A stretch of 64,000 nt of DNA from assembly GCA_040751795.1 (NCBI GenBank), contig JBFMHR010000003.1, forward strand, positions 1-64,000. The letters run 5' to 3'. The translations under genes and the position numbers were made by a program. The notes under the pieces were generated by a model that was not told the origin of the DNA, searched no databases, and worked only from the letters and a program-made list of their open reading frames with translations. Shown piece by piece: positions 1-9,291 of the stretch (within the stretch, counting starts at the first letter, position 1; each line of letters begins with the position of its first letter). The stretch is from Thermoplasmatota archaeon. GTDB lineage: Archaea; Thermoplasmatota; Thermoplasmata; UBA10834.

Positions 1-152
1 CGGTTCAGCCCCGGCGCGTCCCGGCATGACGTGATGATGGCCCTCTGCGACCCCGTGAGGGGCGCACGGCCGGAGCCGAACGGGACGAGTCAGCTGTCGA
101 AGTGGTCAGAAGGGTTACCACCCGACTCTTGGCAGAACCCTGGAGAAATAGG

Positions 153-226
153 CGCCCGAGCTGGGATTCGAACCCAGGTCCGAAGCTCCGCAGGCTTCTA
201 GGATATCCAAGCTACCCCACTCGGGC
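153..226 (-). tRNA. tRNA-Arg(GCG)
   Basis: Reverse complement folds as a cloverleaf: acceptor GCCCGAG/CTCGGGC, anticodon arm GAAGC-CTGCGGA-GCTTC, T-loop GGTTCGAATCC. No intron. Confidence 0.95.
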
Positions 227-289
227 ATTGGGCCTGACGGCACCCTCCATGAGGGCATCGGTAGAAATACCCTCCCATCCGCCCCCGGC

Positions 290-1159
290 CTAGTAGGCCG
301 TCGTCCAGTCGATCTTGCCCTTCCTGCGGGCGACGACGTCGGCGTACCTGAAGACCCCCAGCGAGAGCACGAAGAACACCGCCGCGGATATCGCGAGGAA
401 GGCCGTGATGTAGAGGTCGCTGAACCCGCCGAGGCCCGTTATGTCGCCCGTCTCGGCGAGCCGCAGGGCGTCCATCGCCTCCGGCATGAGGGCGCGCCTC
501 ATCGAGTCCATCCAGTAGGTGACCGGCAGGGCCTTCGATATGGACTGGGCCCACGTCGGGAGGGCGGTTATCGGGAATATGATGCCGCTCATGACGTAGA
601 ACACCCCCGCGACGCCCTCGTTTATCCCGATCGAGTGCCTCGCGGTGAGGAATGTTATGCCGCCGAGGGCCAACCCTAGCACGCATATGCAGCCCAGGCC
701 GAGGACGAGCGAGCCCAGCAGGAGGAGCCAGTCCACCTGGCCGAGGAAGATGTCCACTCCCAGCACCGCGACGCCGAAGACGAGGGTTATGAGGACCCCC
801 GCGGTCGTGATGGCGATCTTGATCGCCGACCTCCCGAGGATGTAGGCGTAGAAGTTGATGGGGGCGATGTACACCTGCTTCAGGGTCATGTAGTGCTCCC
901 TGTCGTCGTGTATGACCCACGTGACGCCGAACAGCACCTCGGCCACGTACATGTACAGCGCGTTCCCGACGTACATGTACGAGAAGTAGGCGTTGTCCGT
1001 GTTGAACCCCGTCACGACCATGTACATGAACACCAGGATCAGCGTCGCGCTGATGGGCTTCACTATCGAGTAGGTGGCGAAGAGGAACGGGTCCGCCCAG
1101 TTCGCCTCCATCTCCCAGCCGAGCCACGCGGCGTTCTTGATGGTCCTGAGGTCGTTCAT
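290..1159 (-). CDS. ABC-2 type transporter permease
   Basis: Hydrophobic multi-TM protein (MNDLRTIK...) with ABC-2-like SGIIFPITALPTW and LPVTYWMD. Start overlaps the upstream stop (TGATG); alternative start at 1168. Confidence 0.85.
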   Translation of the reverse strand: MNDLRTIKNAAWLGWEMEANWADPFLFATYSIVKPISATLILVFMYMVVTGFNTDNAYFSYMYVGNALYMYVAEVLFGVTWVIHDDREHYMTLKQVYIAPINFYAYILGRSAIKIAITTAGVLITLVFGVAVLGVDIFLGQVDWLLLLGSLVLGLGCICVLGLALGGITFLTARHSIGINEGVAGVFYVMSGIIFPITALPTWAQSISKALPVTYWMDSMRRALMPEAMDALRLAETGDITGLGGFSDLYITAFLAISAAVFFVLSLGVFRYADVVARRKGKIDWTTAY

Positions 1160-1980
1160 CACTGCCATCTGAGGGTCAGCCTCCCCGTGGCCTTCCCCAG
1201 GTACTCCATGTACCTGAGCGAGTAGTGCGCGAGGACCAGGAACACCGCGCAGAGCCCTATGAGTATGAGCAGCTCCGTCCCGAGCGGGAGGAACGCGTCC
1301 TCGGCGCCGCCGGCGAAGAAGAGCTGCCTGAGCGCGTCCAGGCCCAGGGTGATGGGTATGAGGGACGCGCCTGCCGCGACGACGGCCCCGAGGTGCTTCA
1401 CCGGGAAGAAGAACCCGGACGTCAGGTACACGGGGTCCGTGAGCAGGTTGGAGAGGTGGTGCGCCTCCCTCCCGAAGAGCATGTAGAGCGAGGCGAACAT
1501 CATCCCCATCCCGTAGAGGGCGACGAGCGTCGCCACGAATATCGCGACCAGCATGAGCGGGTCCACGATGTGGAACGCGATGTTGAAGATGAACGCCCCT
1601 ATGACGAGGGTCGAGGTGGCGTTGACCGTGGTCGCGACCATCCCCCCGAGGGCCATGCCGGCCAGTATGGACATCCTGGATATGGGCGCTATCAGGTACA
1701 GCTGCAGGTTCCCGATCTCCTTCTCCCAGTAGAACTGGGCTGCCATGGCCCACAGGACGTTGAGCCAGAACGCGGTCATCGCGCCGCCTAGGACCACGTA
1801 GCCTATCAGCTCGTCCCTCGCGTCCATGAACTGGTACACGTAGGCGTACGCCGCTACGGTGAACAGCGGCAGGACGACCTCGAAGAAGACCCAGCTCGGC
1901 TCCCTCTGGGCGCCCACGACGCGGGGGTATGCGCGGCCCTTGACGGCCCTCATGTTCCTGATGATCCAGCCGTCGGTCAA
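1159..1980 (-). CDS. ABC-2 type transporter permease
   Basis: Multi-TM protein with EKEIGNLQLYLIAP and SGFFFPV, typical of ABC-2 permeases; coupled to an ABC ATPase. Confidence 0.85.
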   Translation of the reverse strand: MTDGWIIRNMRAVKGRAYPRVVGAQREPSWVFFEVVLPLFTVAAYAYVYQFMDARDELIGYVVLGGAMTAFWLNVLWAMAAQFYWEKEIGNLQLYLIAPISRMSILAGMALGGMVATTVNATSTLVIGAFIFNIAFHIVDPLMLVAIFVATLVALYGMGMMFASLYMLFGREAHHLSNLLTDPVYLTSGFFFPVKHLGAVVAAGASLIPITLGLDALRQLFFAGGAEDAFLPLGTELLILIGLCAVFLVLAHYSLRYMEYLGKATGRLTLRWQ

Positions 1981-2960
1981 TCCAACCCCTTGCCCACCAT
2001 CTTGATGAACACGTCCTCCAGCGTCGGCTCCGTCTTCTGGAGGGACTCGATCCTCGAGCCCTGGCCCAGTACGGCGGAGATGATGTCCGAGACCCCGCTC
2101 TCGTCCCTCATCACGAACCTCAGCCTCGTGAGGCCCTTCTCGCCGTCCTCAGTGAACGTGAAGTTCTCGACGCCGGGGAACCTGCCGAACACCGATGTGT
2201 CCTTCAGCCTCGAGACGTCCATGCTCAAGGTGGTGTTCGTCCTGACCATCTTCTTCAGCTTCTCCGGGCTGTCGCACGCCAGGATCTTCCCGTTGTCTAT
2301 GATGGCTATCCTGTCGCACAGCTCGTCTGCCTCGACCATGTAGTGCGTGGTGAGCACGACGGTCTTGGCGGGGTGCTCCCTGAGCCACCGGAGTATGAAG
2401 TCCCGGATCACCCTCGATGCGTTGACGTCGAGGCCGAGCGTCGGCTCGTCCAGGAATATGATGTCCGGGTCGGTTATGAAGCCCCTGATGACGTTCATCT
2501 TCTGCCTCTGGCCGGTCGAGAGGGTCCTCACCTTCGCGTCCTTCTTGTCGCTGAGGCCGAAGTCCTTGAGCATGTCATCTATGCGCTGCAGCGCGACCTT
2601 GCTCTTGATCCCGTAGAACTGCGAGAACATCCACAGGTTCTCCTTCACCGTGAGGAGCCCGTAGCCCGATATCTCGCCCCCCGAGACCATGTTGATCCTC
2701 TGCCTGACCTCGGTGAACTGGTTCTCGATGTCCAGGCCGGCGACGTAGGCCTTCCCGGAGGTCGGGAGCAGCAGCGTGCTGAGTATCTTGAGCAGCGTGG
2801 TCTTGCCCGCCCCGTTCGGGCCGAGTATGCCGAACAGTTCCCCCTGCTCTATCTGCAGGTCGACGGAGTCCAGGGCTCGCACTGTGCTGCCTTCTTTCTT
2901 CTTCTTGGGTTCGAACACCCTTGTGAGCGCCTCTGTCCTGACGGCTGGTGTCTGACTCAT
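1977..2960 (-). CDS. ABC transporter ATP-binding protein (DrrA-like)
   Basis: Walker A GPNGAGKTT, signature LSTGQ, Walker B IIFLDEPT, H-loop TTHY, C-terminal EPTLEDVF. Confidence 0.92.
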   Translation of the reverse strand: MSQTPAVRTEALTRVFEPKKKKEGSTVRALDSVDLQIEQGELFGILGPNGAGKTTLLKILSTLLLPTSGKAYVAGLDIENQFTEVRQRINMVSGGEISGYGLLTVKENLWMFSQFYGIKSKVALQRIDDMLKDFGLSDKKDAKVRTLSTGQRQKMNVIRGFITDPDIIFLDEPTLGLDVNASRVIRDFILRWLREHPAKTVVLTTHYMVEADELCDRIAIIDNGKILACDSPEKLKKMVRTNTTLSMDVSRLKDTSVFGRFPGVENFTFTEDGEKGLTRLRFVMRDESGVSDIISAVLGQGSRIESLQKTEPTLEDVFIKMVGKGLD

Positions 2961-3126
2961 CCTTGCACTCTTCTTCTGTGATGGCATCGTTGGCCATGTA
3001 TATATCTGTTCGTCGTGATTTTAATTTGCTGCGAGGTCGCGGCCACTTAACGCATGAGAGGATGCTCAGCATATGCGCAGCATCACCGAAAATGCCCAGC
3101 GGAGGGGCGCGCGGAGGGGCCTGTTC

Positions 3127-3318
3127 TCAGGCCTCGTAGTGCGTCCGGTACCTCGTGACGTAGCCGGCGATCTTGTTCCTCATTGAGATGAAACGCACAT
3201 CGGTGAGCTTGGCAACCATCTCCTTGTTGTGCTGGTAGTCACCCGTGAACTGGTCCGGGTACTTCTGGACCAGCTCGATGGCCACCCGCTTGATGTACGT
3301 CGGCCTGATGTTGCCCAT
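3127..3318 (-). CDS. rps17e: 30S ribosomal protein S17e
   Basis: [11 protein letters not shown]...[10 protein letters not shown] signature. Confidence 0.95.
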   Translation of the reverse strand: MGNIRPTYIKRVAIELVQKYPDQFTGDYQHNKEMVAKLTDVRFISMRNKIAGYVTRYRTHYEA

Positions 3319-3405
3319 ATTACTCACCTTAGGGCACTCGGAAGGACCAGGGTATATATATGGTTTGCGCAGCGAGCCGGGGTCGGTGTCGGGCCACCCA
3401 GACGG

Positions 3406-4122
3406 TCAGCCGATGGGCTTCGCGCTCTCGACCAGGAGCTCCTGCTCGGAGGGCATCGCCCCCTTCCTGTAGGGCTTGCCGCAGGAGTACTCCCCCTCCG
3501 GGCAAGGGCCCCGGAAGCACGGCGGCCCTGCCTCCTCGAACAGTATCGGCGCGGCCTCCCTGGCCTCTGCTAGCATCTTCCAGGCCATGACCCGTATCTC
3601 CCACTGGGCCCTCCTGCAGCACCTGAGGCTGAAGAAGTGCCAGAGCTCCCTGGCGTTCATCGTGACGGTTATGTTCGTCTGGCAGGCGTTGGGCAGGACG
3701 TACCTCGCGTCCTCCTTCGGGACCGCCTTCGCGAGCTCCCTGTAAGCCTTCCAGGCGTTGTCCATCGCCTCCGAGAACGCCTTCCTGGCCTCGGGGTCGC
3801 CGGATATGGAAGGGGGGAACACGTACTCCGCCTTCGACATGCCCACGTACCTCTGGCTCTGCTGGGAGTAGGAGGCGATCCTGTGCCTGACGAGCTGGTG
3901 CGTGAGGGACCGGGACACCCCCTCGACCGAGAAGGTGAAGTGCGCGTGCTCCACAACGGACAGGTGCCCCATGCCGACGACCTTCTTGATCATCTTCTTG
4001 GCGCGCTCGTCGGTCGTGCCGTCGAAGAGCTCGCCCGCGCCCTGCTCCGAGTAGCACGACTGCGCCGCGGCGGCGCATATCCTGTCCGGGTTCTTGGTGT
4101 GGTTCAGGAGCCTGACCTTCAT
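3406..4122 (-). CDS. thyX: FAD-dependent thymidylate synthase
   Basis: GHLSVVEH, RHRIASYSQQSQRY (ThyX RHRx7S motif), AQWEIR. Confidence 0.95.
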   Translation of the reverse strand: MKVRLLNHTKNPDRICAAAAQSCYSEQGAGELFDGTTDERAKKMIKKVVGMGHLSVVEHAHFTFSVEGVSRSLTHQLVRHRIASYSQQSQRYVGMSKAEYVFPPSISGDPEARKAFSEAMDNAWKAYRELAKAVPKEDARYVLPNACQTNITVTMNARELWHFFSLRCCRRAQWEIRVMAWKMLAEAREAAPILFEEAGPPCFRGPCPEGEYSCGKPYRKGAMPSEQELLVESAKPIG

Positions 4123-4186
4123 GTCATCCACGCACGGCCTGCTCGTAACCGGCTCCTCCGGATAAATGCTTTACGAGGCGGGCCGT

Positions 4187-4891
4187 TCACTCCTTCAGAT
4201 AGTAGCTGAAGGAGTATTCGCCGGAAGGGACCTGGGCCGGCTCCGACCTGCGGAGGTCCCTGAGCCTCACGGTCTCGAGGGGCACCTCCCCCAGGGCCTC
4301 GACGAGGCCCTGCATGTGCCCGTCGCCCACAACCGCCATGACGCTCCCGTGCTGCGAGGCTATCGACGAGATGCGCCCCGCCATGTGCCTGTCCCTCTCG
4401 TCTATCAGGACCCTCTTGATGCTGGGGAACTCGGCGCCGAGCTTCTCGAGGTACTCGTCCTCCCTCTCCTCGTAGAGCTCGACCTCCTTCTCGACCGTCT
4501 CCTTGCTGGAGACGAGCCCGACGAGGGAGCCGAAGAGGAGCTCGAGCTTCTCGCGCAGGGACATGGCCCGCCAGAGCCTCCTGAAGACCGTGGCCGAGTC
4601 CATGTCTATCAGGGCGACCTTGGCCCCGACCTCCCTGGCCGCCTCCGCGGCCGCCAACATCTCCGACCCCGCCTCGGAGCCGAACTTGGCCGCTATGCGT
4701 TGCTGGATCCGGGCCAGGAGCATGTACTGCAGAGGGACGCGCCCCCCGCGGCCCCTGTCCCTGCTCATGAGCGCGCTGAACCTGGCCGGGTCCAGCTCCA
4801 GGCAGACGACCTCCGGCCTGCGCGAGAGGACGAGGGACCGGACCTGCTCCGATATGACGAACACGTGGCCTACGCCCACGAGGGTGATCAT
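4187..4891 (-). CDS. TraB/PrgY/GumN family protein
   Basis: ITLVGVGHV, VCLELD, GSEMLAA, LIDERDRHMA and VVGDGH motifs. Confidence 0.85.
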   Translation of the reverse strand: MITLVGVGHVFVISEQVRSLVLSRRPEVVCLELDPARFSALMSRDRGRGGRVPLQYMLLARIQQRIAAKFGSEAGSEMLAAAEAAREVGAKVALIDMDSATVFRRLWRAMSLREKLELLFGSLVGLVSSKETVEKEVELYEEREDEYLEKLGAEFPSIKRVLIDERDRHMAGRISSIASQHGSVMAVVGDGHMQGLVEALGEVPLETVRLRDLRRSEPAQVPSGEYSFSYYLKE

Positions 4892-4944
4892 GTCGACTGG
4901 CCCATCGTGGATGCGTTTAATAACCCTTCGCGCCATGGCCGGCC

Positions 4945-5589
4945 GTGCGCAAGTTGGCCGCGTTCGACATGGACGGGGTGCTAGTCGACACCGTGAGCTC
5001 GTGGGTCCATGTCCACCGCCGGTTCGGGGTCAACAACGACCACTCGCTCGAGGCCTACCTCAGGGGCGACATCGACGACCAGGAGTTCATCAGGCGCGAC
5101 ATCGCCCTCTGGAAGAGGGCGGACCCGGGCGTCACATCCGGGAAGATCCGGGCGATCCTCTCCGACGCGCCGCTCATGGAGGGGGCCGCCGACCTGATGG
5201 CGGTGCTGAGGAGCAGGGGCTTCATGACCGCGATAGTCTCCGCGGGCATCGACCTGCTCTCGGAGAGGGTCGCGAGGGAGCTCGGGATGGACCTCCACTT
5301 CGCCAACGGCCTCTGCGAGGACGCGGAGGGGCGCCTCACAGGGGAGGGGGTCTTCAGGGTCAGGCTCATGGAGAAGGGGAGGACGGTCGAGGAGGCCGCC
5401 CGGAGGCTGGGCGTCGGCCCCGAGGGGGTCGTCAGTGTGGGCAACTCCAGGTACGACGTCTCCATGTTCGAGCACTCCGCCCTCGGCATAGCGTTCTGCC
5501 CGGAGGACGACGAGGCGAGGGACGGCGCGGACGCGGTGGTCGAGGAGAAGGACCTCCGGAGGGTCCTGGACCACCTGGATGGTCTCTAG
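4945..5589 (+). CDS. HAD-IB hydrolase, phosphoserine phosphatase-like
   Basis: FDMDGVL motif I, IVSAG motif II, VGNSRYD motif IV; GTG start. Confidence 0.85.
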   Translation: MRKLAAFDMDGVLVDTVSSWVHVHRRFGVNNDHSLEAYLRGDIDDQEFIRRDIALWKRADPGVTSGKIRAILSDAPLMEGAADLMAVLRSRGFMTAIVSAGIDLLSERVARELGMDLHFANGLCEDAEGRLTGEGVFRVRLMEKGRTVEEAARRLGVGPEGVVSVGNSRYDVSMFEHSALGIAFCPEDDEARDGADAVVEEKDLRRVLDHLDGL

Positions 5590-6236
5590 TAGCCGTGCTC
5601 GCCGATGAGGGGCACGAACACGCAGCCGCCCAGGCTCGTGGTCGAGTAGACGCTCCCCCTGCGCTGGACCTTGACAAGGTCCTGGTACATCCTGCCGCCG
5701 ACCGGCACCAGCATCAGGCCGCCGTCCCTGAGCTGCTCCTTGAGGGGGGCGGGGACGGTGGGCGCGCCGCAGGCGACGAATATCCTGTCGAACGGCGCCT
5801 CGGACGGGAGGCCGACTGAACCGTCGCTGAGGACCACGGTGACCCGGTCGGAGTACCCGGTCCTCGAAATGTTGTCGCGGGCGAAGTCGGCCAGCTCCGG
5901 GATCCTCTCCACGGTGAATATGTGCCCGCCGGGGGAGACCAGCTCCGCGGCGACGGCCGCGTGGTAGCCCGACCCGCCGCCGACCTCTAGGACCCTCTGC
6001 CCCGGCCTGAGGTCGAGGGCCTCGGCCATCATCGCGACCATGTGCGGGGCCGAGATCGTCTGGCCGGAGCCTATCGGGAGAGGCGTGTCGATGTAGGCTT
6101 CGTCCCGGAGGCGCACTGGCAGGAACTCCTCCCTCGGGACCTTCCTGAGCGCCGCGGCCACCGCCGGCTTCGAGACGTAGCCGCGCCTGAGGAGGCCGTC
6201 GACTAGCTCCGAGCGCGCGCGGGGGAAGTCCGTCAC
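5586..6236 (-). CDS. pcm: Protein-L-isoaspartate O-methyltransferase
   Basis: PIGSGQTISAPHM, VLEVGGGSGY, APFDRI, VFVPLIG; GTG start inferred. Confidence 0.93.
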   Translation of the reverse strand: MTDFPRARSELVDGLLRRGYVSKPAVAAALRKVPREEFLPVRLRDEAYIDTPLPIGSGQTISAPHMVAMMAEALDLRPGQRVLEVGGGSGYHAAVAAELVSPGGHIFTVERIPELADFARDNISRTGYSDRVTVVLSDGSVGLPSEAPFDRIFVACGAPTVPAPLKEQLRDGGLMLVPVGGRMYQDLVKVQRRGSVYSTTSLGGCVFVPLIGEHGY

Positions 6237-6262
6237 GCCTGCAAAACCGACCCGCGGCTGGA

Positions 6263-6886
6263 TTAATCTTTCGAGCCGCCGCCCCTCTGGACGGTCCGCC
6301 TCACCACCGCGCCGTAGACGCGGACGATGTCCCTCGCCAGGGCCGAGCCCTTCCTGATCGTCCGCTCCTGGATCCTGATCGAGTGGATGACCACGGGCCT
6401 CTTGTTGAACTCCATGATGTCGCCTATGCAGAACTCCTCGTCCGGCACGGCCATCACGAAGTCCGAGAAGGTGCGGCCGTGGGCGTTGACCGAGAACAGG
6501 ATCTTCAGCTTGTCGAACCTCTTGGCCCACACCGTGTCGATGTCGCTGGCCTTGGCCGACCTCTTCCTGGCCCCCTTCGACTCGATGGACGTGACCATCG
6601 TGGGGAGCTCGCCGCACATCACCTCGTCCCCGACGGACAGGACCTCGTCCGGGCCGAGGACCAGCTTGCCCCTCGACGACTCCTTGAGCCAGCTTATGAC
6701 GACCGGGACCTCGACGGGCTTGGAGGCCTTCACGGTCACATGGTGGACGTGCCCGCAGTCCCTGCACTTGACGGTCGACTCGAGGACGGACACGGACCTG
6801 CCGCCCATCCTCCCTGACAGGACCTCGTGGAGCGTCTCCGCCTTGCACTGGGGGCACTCCACCAAGACGGACGCTGGTACGGTCAT
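6263..6886 (-). CDS. HVO_0476-like archaeal zinc-finger protein
   Basis: N-terminal CPQC...CRDCGH followed by two beta repeats ending in IDTVWA and IVRVYG. Confidence 0.75.
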   Translation of the reverse strand: MTVPASVLVECPQCKAETLHEVLSGRMGGRSVSVLESTVKCRDCGHVHHVTVKASKPVEVPVVISWLKESSRGKLVLGPDEVLSVGDEVMCGELPTMVTSIESKGARKRSAKASDIDTVWAKRFDKLKILFSVNAHGRTFSDFVMAVPDEEFCIGDIMEFNKRPVVIHSIRIQERTIRKGSALARDIVRVYGAVVRRTVQRGGGSKD

Positions 6887-6913
6887 CGGGCCACTCCATG
6901 TCCGTCCTCGGTC

Positions 6914-7498
6914 TTACTTCTTTCTGACGACGTCGAAGGGCCTGTCGTGGCCCGGGACGACCGTGTCGGCCCATGCCAGGACCGCTTCCATGCTCCTCAG
7001 GGCGAGGGCGCGGTCGAAGTGCACCGCGGGCGGGGCGTTCGACTCGTAGTTGGCCTTGGTCGGGAGCGCGTCCCCGCACACCGCGTACCGCCTGTCCGCC
7101 TCCACGAACACGGAGACGCTGCCCCGGGTGTGGCCCGGGGTCGGGACCAGCCTCACGCCCCCCGCGACCTGCTCCTCGCGGGCCACCCTCCTGCACCCCG
7201 CGGGCGGGTCCTCGAGCGCGTGGGCGTGGAACACGGCGTCGGGGAACATGTCGTTGCAGCCGCAGTGGTCCGTGTGGAGGTGGGTGTTGACCACGTGCCT
7301 GACGTCCCCGGGCCCCACCCCGCTCCTGGAGAGCGCCGCGGCCAGGTCCGGGGCCCTGGCCCTGGAGCCTGTGTCTATCAGGACGGGCCCGATGTCGGTG
7401 AGGAGGAGTGCGACGGTCGAAGACGCGTCGACGACCTCGCCGCCCTCCCGCACGAGCCACCCCTCGCACAGGACCTCCAGCGAAGGGGGCCCTTTCAA
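6914..7498 (-). CDS. MBL-fold metallo-hydrolase
   Basis: LIDTG, THLHTDHCG, PGHT, GDA, VPGH; TTG start overlapping the rhomboid stop (inferred). Confidence 0.88.
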   Translation of the reverse strand: MKGPPSLEVLCEGWLVREGGEVVDASSTVALLLTDIGPVLIDTGSRARAPDLAAALSRSGVGPGDVRHVVNTHLHTDHCGCNDMFPDAVFHAHALEDPPAGCRRVAREEQVAGGVRLVPTPGHTRGSVSVFVEADRRYAVCGDALPTKANYESNAPPAVHFDRALALRSMEAVLAWADTVVPGHDRPFDVVRKK

Positions 7499-8376
7499 AG
7501 CATGTGCCCCCGCTCGCATATGACCCCCTCCTTGCGCGCCCTCAGCCTCGCGCCGCACTGGGGGCACTCGGCCCTGGAGAGGAAGTGCTCTATCCACGCG
7601 CTCCTCACGTCCGGGATCTCCTCCTCCTCGATCCGGCGCATTATGGACTTCAGCTCGGGCGTCACGGCCAGCCTCCTCAGGGAGGACTGGGAGACCATCC
7701 TCCGGACCCGCTTGTGGAGGGGGAGCCTCACCACGAGGGGGGCGAGGACGAGGCCCGCGGTGAGGCCGCCGATGTGCGCCTCGACCGCGATGTTCGGGTT
7801 CCCTCCCAGGAAGACGACCTGCAGGCCGATGTACGCGACCACTATGACCCAGAGGGGCATCGGCGGGAGCGGGAAGAACATGATCATCATCGACATGCGC
7901 TCGTGGGGGAACATCCGCGCGAAGGCGCCGAGCACGCCGCTGATCGCCCCGGACGCGCCCACGACTGCGACCCATTCGTCCCCCCAGTTGAGCGCGGCGA
8001 ACGCGAGCGTGCCGCAGAGGCCGGTGAGGAAGTAGAGGAGGATGTACGGCCTCGTGCCGATCCTCTGCTCGAAGGCCATGCCGATGAAGGCGACGCCCAG
8101 GACGTTGAACAGGAGGTGGAAGAGGTCGGCGTGGGTGTACATCGAGGTGAGGAGGGTGTAGAGCCTCCCCGGCTCCGCGAGGTCGCGCGGCATGAACTCC
8201 AGCTGGTACATCGTGTCCGAGGCGAGGTAGCCGGTCGAGCCGGCGGAGACGAGGAGCAGGGCGAAGGACGCGACGCACACGACGCACACGACTATGGAGA
8301 AGTTGACCTGCCTGTAGTAGGAGTAGGCGGTGCTGGCGGCGATCATGACGATGATGGCCGCGACCCAGACGTTCAT
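7495..8376 (-). CDS. Rhomboid intramembrane serine protease with C-terminal zinc ribbon
   Basis: HxxxxHxxxN, GASG catalytic Ser, AHIGG catalytic His, C-terminal CPQCG...CERGH. Confidence 0.9.
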   Translation of the reverse strand: MNVWVAAIIVMIAASTAYSYYRQVNFSIVVCVVCVASFALLLVSAGSTGYLASDTMYQLEFMPRDLAEPGRLYTLLTSMYTHADLFHLLFNVLGVAFIGMAFEQRIGTRPYILLYFLTGLCGTLAFAALNWGDEWVAVVGASGAISGVLGAFARMFPHERMSMMIMFFPLPPMPLWVIVVAYIGLQVVFLGGNPNIAVEAHIGGLTAGLVLAPLVVRLPLHKRVRRMVSQSSLRRLAVTPELKSIMRRIEEEEIPDVRSAWIEHFLSRAECPQCGARLRARKEGVICERGHML

Positions 8377-8447
8377 GCTCTGTCCCCGGGCAGGTTAACG
8401 ACGTCGCCTAGTAAAGCCTTAATGATGGTCACGGGCATACGATCGGC

Positions 8448-9041
8448 GTGAAGGTCGACACCGCGATAGACATCGACATCGCCGACCAGGTCTACAACCC
8501 CAGCGACGACTCGTTCCTCCTCGTGAACGTCATGGAGATAAGGCCCGGGGAGAGGGTGCTGGACATGGGCACCGGCACGGGCATAGCCGCCCTTCACGCG
8601 GCGAAGGCCGGGGCCTCCAAGGTCACGGCCGTGGACGTCAACCCCAACGCGGTCGCGTGCGCGCGCTCCAACGCGCTCAGGAACGGGCTCAAGGTCGAGG
8701 CGGTCGAGAGCGACCTGTTCGCGAAGGTCGAGGGCCTCTACGACGTGATCACCTTCAACCCGCCGTACCTCCCCGAGGAGGGGGGGCCCTCGAGCTGGAT
8801 GGAGAGGGCGTGGTCCGGAGGGGCGGACGGGTCGGACGTCGTGGTCCGGTTCCTGGAGGACGCCTGGAAGTTCCTGGCACCGGGCGGCAGGATCTACATC
8901 ATCCTCTCGTCCTTCGGGAGCATCAGGACCGTCCTGAGGATGGCCAGGGAGAGGTACGAGGTCGAGATGGTCGAGGAGAGGCACATGTTCTTCGAGTCGA
9001 TATTGGCGTACAGGATGGCCGCGAAGACATCCAGCCTTTGA
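8448..9041 (+). CDS. HemK2/Mtq2-like class I methyltransferase
   Basis: VYNPSDDSFLL, VLDMGTGTG, FNPPY, GGADG. Confidence 0.9.
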   Translation: MKVDTAIDIDIADQVYNPSDDSFLLVNVMEIRPGERVLDMGTGTGIAALHAAKAGASKVTAVDVNPNAVACARSNALRNGLKVEAVESDLFAKVEGLYDVITFNPPYLPEEGGPSSWMERAWSGGADGSDVVVRFLEDAWKFLAPGGRIYIILSSFGSIRTVLRMARERYEVEMVEERHMFFESILAYRMAAKTSSL

Positions 9042-9105
9042 GAATGTCAGGAAATAGTATTATTAGGCCATCGTCAGATTCGCTAGCCCCGCCGGGAGGG
9101 ACCGC

Positions 9106-9291
9106 TTGACCGCCAAGAAGAGGAAGTACAACAACCCCGAGGACCTCGACGAGCTCTGCAGGAGCTTCCTGCTGGCGCAGGAGTCCGACAAGGGGGCCGC
9201 CCTCGAGTACTGCAAGAACTTCCTCACGGTCCTCTCGAAGAAGGACGTCACGAGAGGAGCCGTCTTATCCTCTCGCTCAAGACCTCGCTGA
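9106..9291 (+). CDS. Small hypothetical protein (61 aa)
   Basis: TTG start after GGGAGGG, AT-rich promoter-like stretch at about 9052-9066, host-like C/G-ending codons; 3' end overlaps gatE convergently. Confidence 0.5.
   Translation: MTAKKRKYNNPEDLDELCRSFLLAQESDKGAALEYCKNFLTVLSKKDVTRGAVLSSRSRPR

Noticed and set aside
31-80. Possible C/D-box sRNA starting at GTGATGA
   Set aside because: No canonical CTGA D box at the expected distance, and the context is cut by the window edge.
5586-8287. 627-aa and 457-aa ORFs suggesting pcm or MBL fusions
   Set aside because: Their upstream parts are Arg/Gly-rich off-frame readings of neighbouring genes.
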